DNA of 32,000 nt from an uncultured bacterium. Lineage in GTDB: Bacteria; Auribacterota; JACPWU01. Numbering within the stretch: position 1 is the stretch's first letter; each line of letters opens with the position of its first letter. A program made the translations under genes and the position numbers. Under the pieces are notes generated by a model. That model was not told the origin of the DNA. It saw nothing but the letters and a program-made list of their open reading frames with translations, and searched no databases. Location of the stretch: NCBI GenBank assembly GCA_964640155.1, contig CAZXEQ010000001.1:171256-203255 (forward strand). The letters run 5' to 3'. Positions 1-8,656 of the stretch are shown one piece after another.

Positions 1-1
1 T

Positions 2-1021
2 TTAACTTTCGTAGGAGACATTAATGGTGATCGTATAGATGATTTGGTTGTAGGTGCTCCTGATCATAGAGAGTATGATGCAATTTATTACCACGAATAT
101 CTTAATATTAATGAAGATGATTTATTAAATAATGTTCTTGTTTTTAGAGGTGATATGGGATACGGAAAAATTTTTATTTTTCTAGGTAATGAAGAGCGTA
201 CTTTACAGGTAAATCGTACTATTGTTGGAGATTTTCCTCGCTATTATCCTTGGCTTGGAGTAGCCGGGTTTATTACACATGATCCACGATCTGTAGCATA
301 TGTTTCTGAAGCACGCCCCTATTACTTTGATCATCGATTTACTGATCCTTATGCTGAAACAGTAGCCGCACGAACGGCTATTGGTCATGCAGGATCATTT
401 GGAGATACTATCTCTAAATTAGGTGATATTAATCATGATGGTTGTGACGACTTTCTAGTAGGCTATGGTTTTAGAGGTCATGTAGTTCTTTTTATGGGAA
501 GTCGCTCTTTAGGAATATTAAATGGTCTTAGAATAAGTAGAATTTTCGATAGAGGAACGTCTTCTTGTAATCCTAGCATTTCAGGTGGAGATATTAATGG
601 AGATGGATATGTAGATATTCTTTTAGGTATACCTACGTTTTTACTTCCATCTCTTTCTACTTCCAGACAGGGAGAAGTTAATTTAATACTTGGAGGTAGG
701 GATTGGCCAATAGGGATAAATGGTATTGAGGCAGCAACAGATATCCATTTTACAAGTGAAGCTGAAGGAGATTATGCCGGATATAGTGTTGCTGCTGTAG
801 GTGATATTGATGGAGATCAAAAAGAAGATATTGTCATTGGAGCCTATGGACATAATGAAATGGGAAGAGCTAGATCAGGTCGTTCATATGTCATTTTTGG
901 AGGAGAGCTTTTCCCTTCAAAGTCTTCCTCAGATTCAATCAAAAAGCTCGCTTCTTTTCCTACGTCCTTCTCTTTATTAAAAGAAAGTCAAACTTCAGAA
1001 GAAATAAAGAAAAAGAGTTAA
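2..1021 (+). CDS. FG-GAP (integrin-alpha-like) beta-propeller repeat protein, 5-prime end outside window
   Basis: Frame is open from nt 2 (LTFVGDINGDRIDDLVVGAP...), so the TTG at 44 is not the true start. Four Ca-binding FG-GAP signatures (GDINGDRIDD, GDINHDGCDD, GDINGDGYVD, GDIDGDQKED). TAA stop at 1019-1021. Confidence 0.85.
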   Translation, partial: LTFVGDINGDRIDDLVVGAPDHREYDAIYYHEYLNINEDDLLNNVLVFRGDMGYGKIFIFLGNEERTLQVNRTIVGDFPRYYPWLGVAGFITHDPRSVAYVSEARPYYFDHRFTDPYAETVAARTAIGHAGSFGDTISKLGDINHDGCDDFLVGYGFRGHVVLFMGSRSLGILNGLRISRIFDRGTSSCNPSISGGDINGDGYVDILLGIPTFLLPSLSTSRQGEVNLILGGRDWPIGINGIEAATDIHFTSEAEGDYAGYSVAAVGDIDGDQKEDIVIGAYGHNEMGRARSGRSYVIFGGELFPSKSSSDSIKKLASFPTSFSLLKESQTSEEIKKKS

Positions 1022-1237
1022 GGTTTTCTTACACAAACTAAGCTTTTTCAAGAATTATTATATTCTAGTTCTAGTCGTAGGCTTATTGTTTACTTGCGAT
1101 TTACTTTGGCGTGACACAAGGCCTTTAAAGGCATGGTATAGCGTAAGCAGAAGTGCAAAGGAGAAAATATTAAGTAGTAAAAGCACAGAATCTAATTTGT
1201 AGACATAAAAATTAAAAAATAGAAAAAGGAAAAAACA

Positions 1238-1324
1238 ATGAAAACGAAACTCATATTAATTTTATCTACCTTGCTCATCACAAGTCAGATAGCACAAGTT
1301 AAAGCGGTAGATTTTAACCTTTAA
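1238..1324 (+). CDS. 28-codon ORF encoding a Sec-type signal peptide, in frame with the downstream FG-GAP ORF (likely the severed 5-prime end of that gene)
   Basis: ATG at 1238 is preceded by AAAGGA about 9 nt upstream. Product MKTKLILILSTLLITSQIAQVKA/VDFNL has a basic n-region, a hydrophobic core and an AxA-like cleavage site. TAA at 1322-1324 is in the same frame (frame 2) as ORF 1367-3061. Confidence 0.4.
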   Translation: MKTKLILILSTLLITSQIAQVKAVDFNL

Positions 1325-1366
1325 CGCTCCAATGTAAAAATTGACGGAGAAAGCTATCAAAATCAT

Positions 1367-3061
1367 GTGGGTTATAAAACAGTTAAACTCGGTGATATTG
1401 ATGGCGACGGTCTTTCCGATTTTGCCATATCTACCATTGATTTACCAACTATGGCAGGGCGTGTAGGGATTTTTTTTGGGAGACGTGATAGCCGAGATTG
1501 GCCTGCAAATCTTACCTTGGGAAGAGCAGATGTTGTACTAACAGGAGAAATCAGCACAGATGTTGCTAATGGAGATCGTTTTGGTGAAAACATTGCAGGT
1601 GAAGGAGATTTCAATGGAGATGGTTATGGTGATATCGTCATTGGAGCACCTTGTAATGATAATAGCGGTAGAGCAAATGCCGGGAAAATCTATGTTGTTT
1701 TTGGCCGATCTAGAGCAGGCTGGTCTATGATCAGCGGATCCATTACCCGTGCAGCTGATATTACACTACTTGGCGAAAATTCAGGAGACCAAATGGGTCC
1801 TGTGGCTCTCGGAGATTTTAACGGCGATCGAATAAGTGATCTTGTTATTGGGGCTCCAGGTTATGATCCAATTGATCCTGCAGGTTATGGGCGAGGCGCC
1901 AATTATGGAAAAATTTATCTTTTATATGGTAGTACAGCTTGGCGATCATCCTCTTTAAGTCTGTCTATTTCATCTGTGGCTGATCTCAGCTATGGAATTG
2001 ATGTAAATACAGTTATTCCTCCTGGAATGAGTGGTAGTCCAACTGGTTTTTTTTACTGGTTCTGTTTTGGTAAATCTCTTTCTTTTGTAGGAGACTTAAA
2101 TGGAGATGGTTTTAATGATTTGGTGGTTGGAGCACCCGGATCTTCCTCTTTTTGGTATGTAGGAGGAGGTGTCAGAGGTTATTTTGTGTATGGTCGAGTT
2201 ATCATATTTCCCGGAAATAATCGACGAAATTTATCTCCTGCTTATGGTATTTCTGGTGATACCCCTGTTCATGCTGTTACAACACTCGGAGGAGGTCTAT
2301 ACCAACATTATTATTTTGATGCCACTAATCCAATTGATGGAGCAAATACTCGTAATGAAAATCGTTCATTTGGAGAAGTCATCTCTAAGGCAGGTGATAT
2401 CGATCACGATGGTTATGCAGATTTTTGGGTAGGTTACGGAGCTAGACCTTTTTTTGCCTTAATTAAAGGAGCTGCTAGCATACCTTCCATGAGAATTAAT
2501 GCTACTTTTGAGCAAAGTAATCAATTTTATAATATTTCACTTTCTTCGGGAGATGTAAATGGAGATGGTTGGGTTGATCTACTGGTAGGAAGTCCACATT
2601 TTAATTCCAGTTCTGGCTCTAGTGGAGAAGGACAAGCTTATTTACTCAGAGGAGGTCTGAGAGACTGGACAACCATTGCAAATATTGAACGTAATTTTGA
2701 CGTTCGTTTTATAAGCGAATCATATCGAGATCAAGAAGGTAAAAGTGTCGCCTTCGTTGGAGATGTGAATGGCGATGCAATAGAGGATATAGTCATTGGG
2801 GCCGACGGTTATAGCGGCACAGCTATAGATGCAGGTCGAGCTCATTTGATCTTCGGTAGCCGAACAGGTGGAATTTTTTCCTCAGTCACTTTTGAAGTGA
2901 TAGAGTATTACTCTCTTACTTTAGGAGGTTTTGATCCACGTCCTTGGCCTTACCAAAACTCAAAAATTACAAATGAGGATAAGATTGTTAATCCAGCAAT
3001 AACAGAAGAGAAAGTCGATACTACAAAAGAAGCTACTGTCGACTCTGTAAAAACTGAATAA
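1367..3061 (+). CDS. FG-GAP repeat protein, seven-blade beta-propeller; possibly a pseudogene or recoded gene starting at 1238
   Basis: 564-aa ORF with seven GD[IFLV][DN]xDxxxD signatures (GDIDGDGLSD, GDFNGDGYGD, GDFNGDRISD, GDLNGDGFND, GDIDHDGYAD, GDVNGDGWVD, GDVNGDAIED). The GTG at 1367 is only the first start-like codon after an in-frame TAA. No signal peptide if translation starts at 1367. Confidence 0.8.
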   Translation: MGYKTVKLGDIDGDGLSDFAISTIDLPTMAGRVGIFFGRRDSRDWPANLTLGRADVVLTGEISTDVANGDRFGENIAGEGDFNGDGYGDIVIGAPCNDNSGRANAGKIYVVFGRSRAGWSMISGSITRAADITLLGENSGDQMGPVALGDFNGDRISDLVIGAPGYDPIDPAGYGRGANYGKIYLLYGSTAWRSSSLSLSISSVADLSYGIDVNTVIPPGMSGSPTGFFYWFCFGKSLSFVGDLNGDGFNDLVVGAPGSSSFWYVGGGVRGYFVYGRVIIFPGNNRRNLSPAYGISGDTPVHAVTTLGGGLYQHYYFDATNPIDGANTRNENRSFGEVISKAGDIDHDGYADFWVGYGARPFFALIKGAASIPSMRINATFEQSNQFYNISLSSGDVNGDGWVDLLVGSPHFNSSSGSSGEGQAYLLRGGLRDWTTIANIERNFDVRFISESYRDQEGKSVAFVGDVNGDAIEDIVIGADGYSGTAIDAGRAHLIFGSRTGGIFSSVTFEVIEYYSLTLGGFDPRPWPYQNSKITNEDKIVNPAITEEKVDTTKEATVDSVKTE

Positions 3062-3070
3062 TTGTTTCAA

Positions 3071-3113
3071 CACCTTCCCTGCCAGAAATATTTGGCAGGG
3101 AAGGTGTTTTATT
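3071..3113. terminator. Rho-independent terminator between convergent genes
   Basis: Perfect 14-bp inverted repeat CACCTTCCCTGCCA (3071-3084) / TGGCAGGGAAGGTG (3093-3106) with an 8-nt loop, followed by TTTTATT. It lies between the FG-GAP stop (3061) and the minus-strand thioredoxin-like stop (3124). The U-tract is good only for the + strand. Confidence 0.85.
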
Positions 3114-3123
3114 CTAAAAACTT

Positions 3124-3744
3124 TTATTTCAAAACCTGTATTCGTGCTCTAGCTTTTCGCCCAACGAGAGAATTGGGCGCAAGCTCAGCAGCTTTAGAAT
3201 AAAAATTAATGGCTTGAGGTTTTCGACCTAATTGTTCCATTTTAACTCCTAATTTATAGAATTGCTCGGCTTTGCCAACTTGATCCTGAACATGAGTAGG
3301 TTCGGCAGAAGTTGAAGCTGTAACATGATTCACCTTCGGCTGTCCTTTGCCTTTCGTAATAGCTTCTTTTAAGAATTCAATCACTCTTGGCTTATCTGCA
3401 AATCCTACTTGCTTACGAATTACAGTTCCACTTGAGGACAAAAAAATAAGCGTGGGATATCCGTCCACTTGATAGTGCTGGGCTGTTGCCTTATCTCGAT
3501 CGCAATCAACTTTAATACAAATCATTTGCTGAGCTAAATTTTGAACATCTCCATCCGTATAAACTTGTGAATCTAATTTTTTACACCAGCCACACCAATC
3601 CGTATAAAAATCAATAAAAACAGGTTTTCCTGTTTGAGCAGCTTGCTGCATCCCTTTTTCATAGGAACTTTCCCAAACAATTGCCTCGGATAAGGAAGAA
3701 AAGATAAGAAAAAATAAAATAGATATAGAATATTTTTTGATCAT
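3124..3744 (-). CDS. Secreted thioredoxin-fold protein (CGWC active site) with C-terminal TPR-like segment
   Basis: N-terminal signal peptide MIKKYSISILFFLIFSSLSEA. Motif FIDFYTDWCGWCKKLD is typical of thioredoxin-like thiol:disulfide oxidoreductases. C-terminal AEQFYKLGVKMEQLGRKPQAINFYSKAAELAP is TPR-like. ATGA overlap with the upstream gene at 3741-3744. Confidence 0.85.
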   Translation of the reverse strand: MIKKYSISILFFLIFSSLSEAIVWESSYEKGMQQAAQTGKPVFIDFYTDWCGWCKKLDSQVYTDGDVQNLAQQMICIKVDCDRDKATAQHYQVDGYPTLIFLSSSGTVIRKQVGFADKPRVIEFLKEAITKGKGQPKVNHVTASTSAEPTHVQDQVGKAEQFYKLGVKMEQLGRKPQAINFYSKAAELAPNSLVGRKARARIQVLK

Positions 3745-5612
3745 ATTTTTATTTTTCGTCCTTCGTGTTCTAAGTTCAAGGTTCCAAGTTTAGTTTTTAT
3801 TATTTTCCATAACTGAAAATATTCTTCTTCAAATCCCTTTAAAACTGTTTCTAACTGTTCTGCTTTAACAGCATTACCCTCTTGAAGAAAAGATCTCACC
3901 TCTGGATCTTCATAAACAGATTTAGAAATAATCACATCATCTCCTGATGAATAATGCTCCAATCGCGCGGCCATATTCACCGTAGTCCCAAAATAATCCA
4001 ACCGATCATTCAACGTCACAGCAATACAAGGTCCATAATGAATGCCTGCTTTAAGAATTAAGGGGTCCCTCCCTTGAAAAGGTTCAGCCAAAATTCGCTG
4101 AGCCTCTAACATCGCTTGAAGAGCTTGAATGGGATGACGAAATACCGCCATCACCGCATCACCAATGGTTTTTACAAGAGCTCCCTCTTTTTCTGCAATC
4201 ACCTTCTTTAAAACATCAAAATGATTCATCACCAAACCAAAAGCGGGAGCATCACCAATCTGCCGATAAAGTTGTGTAGAATGACGCAAATCCGTAAAAA
4301 GAATGGCAAGGTTTCCGACAGAAATTTGTTGATCCGACCTTAAAATTTCTTTAGAAAAAAGGTCTCTGAACTTTTGAAGAGCAATCACTTCTGCTGCCGT
4401 CGCAGACTGATCTGTCCAAGCCATTCGTTCCAAAAAAACAAGTTGAGGAGAAGATGTTTCATTTTGAAAAAGAATTTTGGGAGAAGATGACAAAATTATT
4501 TCTTGATCTGACCAAGTCTCTTGAGAAAGTTTAAATGTTTTGGTTTTCTCCCCCTCTAACAGGACTTGAATGAATTGTTCCTTTGAATGATCAGGTAATC
4601 TTAAAAGATAACGCCCTATTTCAAGAGACAAGGAGACTTCGCGGCTTTCTCCGGCTTGAATCAATTGTTGAAGAACAATGTGAGGAGCATGTTGAGGACT
4701 TCCCATGCAAAATGTACGAATTTCTACTTTTCTAATGGCCGGATTGGGAGAAAAAACAACTTCAACCAATCTCTCAAAATTGACTGAAAAATCAATCTGA
4801 CAACCCCCGCAATGCATTTTAGATTCAATTTCACTCAAAGAATGAAGCGCTTCTCCACTTCCACGGCACATAGGACATAGCAAATTCCACCGTAATTCAA
4901 GAAGCCCTGCTCGTGTTGCCAATAAACAAAGTTCAAGCACTTCTCGACGGGGCACATTCCAAAAATCAGCTAAAACATAAGGTTTTATTTTGACCAAAGT
5001 CAAATCATCAGCTTCTTTAATCGTTTGAATAAGAAGATCCACTAAACGAGCGGAAACAGACTCTTTTAGAAGAGCCTCACGGACGATCTTCAGTCTTTCT
5101 TGTCCCCCGGCAGAGAGATTTTGTTTTCCAGAATAAAAAAAATTATTTTGTTCTTTTAAGGCCAATGAATCATATCGATGTAAAATTTTTTCGCAATCAC
5201 GCAAAAAAAGTCGAAATTGAATAGGAATCAGAAAAGCGCCCAAAATATTTTTGGGTTTAACCCAAATCTGATATATGACTTGCGTTCCATCCTCAGCTTG
5301 AGGAACAAGCTGAACTTGAACTCTGAAACTTTTAATCGGACCTTTTAAGTAATTACGCACCATTCCCAATCGGTGAGGACGAACCCATTCCGAAGGAAAT
5401 TCTTCCCATTCAAAGGGCACCCCAAAAAAAGAAAAACTTAATTTGCGTAAGTTTTTCTTTTGATTTTGATGAATCTGTAAGGAAGGAAGGCCTAGATCTT
5501 GATTCAAACGATTGGTATCAGAAACAAAAGGCCAAAGTTTTTCAGGAGATGATTTAAAAAACCATTTCCGCTCGTAATAGAGTTCTGATAGATTCATAAT
5601 CAATAAACTCAA
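3741..5612 (-). CDS. Class III adenylate cyclase with SRPBCC-like N-terminal domain and four-Cys zinc ribbon
   Basis: C-terminal cyclase motifs ILFTDLRHST, LVKTIGDAVMAVF, GIHYGPC, RLDYFGTTVNMAARLE. N-terminus SPEKLWPFVSDTNRLNQ. CPMC-x18-CGGC. Start is either TTG 5612 (TTGA overlap with the permease stop) or ATG 5597. Confidence 0.88.
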   Translation of the reverse strand: MSLLIMNLSELYYERKWFFKSSPEKLWPFVSDTNRLNQDLGLPSLQIHQNQKKNLRKLSFSFFGVPFEWEEFPSEWVRPHRLGMVRNYLKGPIKSFRVQVQLVPQAEDGTQVIYQIWVKPKNILGAFLIPIQFRLFLRDCEKILHRYDSLALKEQNNFFYSGKQNLSAGGQERLKIVREALLKESVSARLVDLLIQTIKEADDLTLVKIKPYVLADFWNVPRREVLELCLLATRAGLLELRWNLLCPMCRGSGEALHSLSEIESKMHCGGCQIDFSVNFERLVEVVFSPNPAIRKVEIRTFCMGSPQHAPHIVLQQLIQAGESREVSLSLEIGRYLLRLPDHSKEQFIQVLLEGEKTKTFKLSQETWSDQEIILSSSPKILFQNETSSPQLVFLERMAWTDQSATAAEVIALQKFRDLFSKEILRSDQQISVGNLAILFTDLRHSTQLYRQIGDAPAFGLVMNHFDVLKKVIAEKEGALVKTIGDAVMAVFRHPIQALQAMLEAQRILAEPFQGRDPLILKAGIHYGPCIAVTLNDRLDYFGTTVNMAARLEHYSSGDDVIISKSVYEDPEVRSFLQEGNAVKAEQLETVLKGFEEEYFQLWKIIKTKLGTLNLEHEGRKIKI

Positions 5613-6778
5613 AGTTCTCTTAGCGCCACCGCAATCTGTAAATTCGCTGCTCTTAACGCCGGAATCAATCCGCCTAAAAATCCGATTAACACTGAAAAAC
5701 TAATTCCACTCAAAAGAAGTCCTGGTGTGATTCTAAATGCAAAAGCCATTTGAGACCAAGTTTGCCAATTGAGAGTTGATGTTGTAAAACCATTCATGGG
5801 AATCACAATTACACAACCCAACACCCCTCCAATCAAAGCGATGAGAACAGATTCAAAAATCATCGACATAATTACCGCTCCTCTTCCAAAACCAATTGCA
5901 CGTAAAGTTGCAATTTCTCGAGAGCGCGCAGTCAAAGCAGAATACATGGTATTAAAAGCTCCAAAAATAGCACCGATGCCCATCACAATTGCCACAAGAT
6001 AACCTAAAACCTTAATCATAGACGAAACAACGCGTGATTGTTTTGCGTAATAGTCTGATTCTTTTTCAATTTGAACACTCAGACGTGGATCAGCCGATAG
6101 CGCATCTTTAAAATTAGAAAATTCACTAGGAGAAATGAGTCTCAATGTTAAAGAAGAAAAAAGATTTTCAGGTCGTTTATAAATTTGATTGAGCACTACC
6201 TGATCACACCACATTTCAGAGTCAAAAGAACTCCCCTTAGAATCCATAACTCCAACAACTTTCCAAACTTGTCCTCCAAAACGAGGAGTTGCCCCTAAAG
6301 ATAAACCCGTATAAATATCTTGGGCATGTTTTCCTACCACAAGCTCTGGTAGTCCTGGCTTAAAAAAACGTCCTTCAATGATTTTAACTTTGTCATGAAT
6401 TTCAAGCGCAAGAGGCGAGACCCCTCTTACTTGAGCTAAAGCATCCGAGTTTGATGCTTTATGATGAAAAGCAGCCACCACTACTACTTCAGGACTGATC
6501 AGGGCCTGCCCCTCTGAAGCTTGAGCGATGCCAGAAATGCTTGAAATCACACGAAGTTGGTCCAATGTCACAATACTATCCATCTCTGAAGTTGCTCCAG
6601 CTCGACGAATCATTACATTTTTGGGAGAACCTGATTCTACCAGAGTGGCCTGAAATCCATAAGCCATGGAAAGCATAGCGACAAAAATAGAGACCACACC
6701 TGCAATTCCCACAATAGCAGCAAAATTAGATGTCCAACGAACTCGAACACTTCTAAAATTATAAATAAACGGGACCAT
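5609..6778 (-). CDS. ABC transporter permease, FtsX/MacB family
   Basis: 389 aa. N-terminal TM helix, large extracytoplasmic domain, then three C-terminal TM helices with an FtsX-like motif (TARSREIATLRAIGFGRG). TAATG overlap with the upstream permease at 6778. Confidence 0.9.
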   Translation of the reverse strand: MVPFIYNFRSVRVRWTSNFAAIVGIAGVVSIFVAMLSMAYGFQATLVESGSPKNVMIRRAGATSEMDSIVTLDQLRVISSISGIAQASEGQALISPEVVVVAAFHHKASNSDALAQVRGVSPLALEIHDKVKIIEGRFFKPGLPELVVGKHAQDIYTGLSLGATPRFGGQVWKVVGVMDSKGSSFDSEMWCDQVVLNQIYKRPENLFSSLTLRLISPSEFSNFKDALSADPRLSVQIEKESDYYAKQSRVVSSMIKVLGYLVAIVMGIGAIFGAFNTMYSALTARSREIATLRAIGFGRGAVIMSMIFESVLIALIGGVLGCVIVIPMNGFTTSTLNWQTWSQMAFAFRITPGLLLSGISFSVLIGFLGGLIPALRAANLQIAVALREL

Positions 6779-7917
6779 TAGACCCTCCTCAAAGCATCAA
6801 CAATTTTAAGTCTCATCGCTAAAATCGCTGGAACAACGCCAGAAGCAATACCTACCATCACAGCAACCATCAAACCCAATCCTATTTTAAATGGAGATAA
6901 ATAAAAAAGAGGAAGAAATCCTCCCGTAGGATCTCCGCGCAATGTAAAAAGTTTGATTGCGGCAAGCCCCAAGCTTCCACCTAAAACACCATAGACTAAA
7001 GATTCAACCAAAATCAAAAATAAAACTGAAAAATCAGAAAAGCCTAATGTTTTCAAAACACCAATTTCTCCTGTACGCTCCCGTACCGACAAAGCCATGG
7101 TGTTTCCTGTCACTAATAAAAGTGTAAAAAATACGACCCCACCAATTGAAAGAATTAAAAGTTGTATATTCGCAATTTGTTTTACAAAAGCCATGTTAAA
7201 TGATTTCTCTGTTTCAGCAGCAGTCTCATAAGGAGAATTAACAAATCGTTCATCAATGGCATGCGTAATCTCTGCAACATGGTCGATATCTGCTATACGA
7301 ACGGTATACCAGCCCACCGTCCCCTTACTATATTCGCGCCTTTCTTCTAAATAATCCCATCGAAGCCAGAATTGAGTAATGTCATCTTCACGACGTTTCC
7401 CATCATAAATACCCTTCACATTAAATTCCCAGGTCCCTCCCCAAAGCGGCGCCATTAAGGGAATACGATCACCAATTTTCCAATGATATTTTTCTGCGGT
7501 AGCTCTACCCACAATACATCCTTCTTTATCTTTAAGAAATTCATCCCATTGATCTTTCAAAACTGTGAATTCAGGATACATTTCAAGCCAGTTCTCTTTA
7601 TCAATTGCAAATTGTGCAAACCAATTTTTTTCATTTTGATATACACCGCCAAACCAAGTTGCAAATGAAACGGTTTTCACTCCTGAAATTTGTGAAATTC
7701 TGTCTTTGTAAGCATAGGGCAAAGGCATAATCAACGATGTCTTGTTTCGAACAATCAAACGATCTACGCCTGCGACTGTCACACCTTGAGTAAAAGCAGT
7801 TTGAATCGTGCCCAATAAACCAAAGAGGAAAAGAGCAACAGCAAAAGAGCCAATGGTTAAAAAAGTTCTAACTTTTTTTCGGCCAAGATTAGCCCACAAA
7901 AGAGGCCAGAATTTCAT
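6778..7917 (-). CDS. ABC transporter permease, FtsX/MacB family (second subunit)
   Basis: 379 aa with the same topology ([21 protein letters not shown]..., VRERTGEIGVLKTLGFS). ATGA overlap with the ATPase gene at 7914-7917. Confidence 0.9.
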   Translation of the reverse strand: MKFWPLLWANLGRKKVRTFLTIGSFAVALFLFGLLGTIQTAFTQGVTVAGVDRLIVRNKTSLIMPLPYAYKDRISQISGVKTVSFATWFGGVYQNEKNWFAQFAIDKENWLEMYPEFTVLKDQWDEFLKDKEGCIVGRATAEKYHWKIGDRIPLMAPLWGGTWEFNVKGIYDGKRREDDITQFWLRWDYLEERREYSKGTVGWYTVRIADIDHVAEITHAIDERFVNSPYETAAETEKSFNMAFVKQIANIQLLILSIGGVVFFTLLLVTGNTMALSVRERTGEIGVLKTLGFSDFSVLFLILVESLVYGVLGGSLGLAAIKLFTLRGDPTGGFLPLFYLSPFKIGLGLMVAVMVGIASGVVPAILAMRLKIVDALRRV

Positions 7918-8639
7918 ATGTGAGCACCGCTCCTTTTTGCTTCAACCAAAACCCCTTTTTCTAAATGTAAGATTGTGGTCACACGCTCAGCGGCTCTGGG
8001 ATCATGCGTTACCATCAAAATGGTTTTGTGATGGGATTTTGAAAGCTCGACCAAGAGATCCATAATTTCATCTGCACTCTTACGATCCAAATCGCCTGTG
8101 GGCTCATCGCATAATAAAAATGTAGGATCAGTCACAATCGCTCTGGCAATGGCAACGCGTTGTTCTTGTCCCCCCGATAGCTGCCGAGGATAATGACGCA
8201 TACGATCTTGAAGTCCCACCAAAGTCAAAGCTGTTTCCACATGCTTACGACGTTCTACCTTTGATAAATTTGTTAAAAGCAAAGGAATTTCCACATTTTG
8301 AAAAGCCGTCAAAACTGGAATCAAATTATACATTTGAAAAATAAATCCCACATGCCGTGCCCGCCAAGCTGAAAGCTTAGCACGTGACATCTTATTAATC
8401 TCATCGCCTGCGACAGTAATGCTTCCAGAGCTTGGAATATCCAATCCACCTATCAAATTTAAAAGAGTGGTTTTTCCAGAACCCGAGGGTCCCATAAACC
8501 CTACAAACTCACCTTGAGTCACATCCAAATTAAGGCCTTGAAGCACATGAATCTCTTCACTGCCTCTTTGATATTTTTTATCTAAATTCCTAACTTGAAT
8601 CAAAACCTGATTGGAATTATTACCATTCAAATGAACCAT
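7914..8639 (-). CDS. ABC transporter ATP-binding protein, MacB/LolD type
   Basis: Walker [11 protein letters not shown]-loop, signature [14 protein letters not shown], Walker [13 protein letters not shown]-loop VTHD. Confidence 0.95.
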   Translation of the reverse strand: MVHLNGNNSNQVLIQVRNLDKKYQRGSEEIHVLQGLNLDVTQGEFVGFMGPSGSGKTTLLNLIGGLDIPSSGSITVAGDEINKMSRAKLSAWRARHVGFIFQMYNLIPVLTAFQNVEIPLLLTNLSKVERRKHVETALTLVGLQDRMRHYPRQLSGGQEQRVAIARAIVTDPTFLLCDEPTGDLDRKSADEIMDLLVELSKSHHKTILMVTHDPRAAERVTTILHLEKGVLVEAKRSGAHI

Positions 8640-8656
8640 ATTCTTTTCCCTTATGT

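Noticed and set aside
1322-1324. Genome-wide reassignment of TAA as a sense codon, to explain the in-frame stop in the FG-GAP gene and the in-frame nadD-rsfS arrangement
   Set aside because: TAA terminates many well-delimited genes in this window at the expected protein ends (both FG-GAP genes, mreB, rsfS, nadD, the first FtsX permease). A global code change is not supported.
203-2432. Short ORFs 203-388(-), 1372-1614(-) and 2169-2432(+) inside the FG-GAP genes
   Set aside because: They are embedded antisense or out of frame within long ORFs that carry strong repeat-family signatures. Their products are low-complexity and no ribosome-binding sites were noticed.
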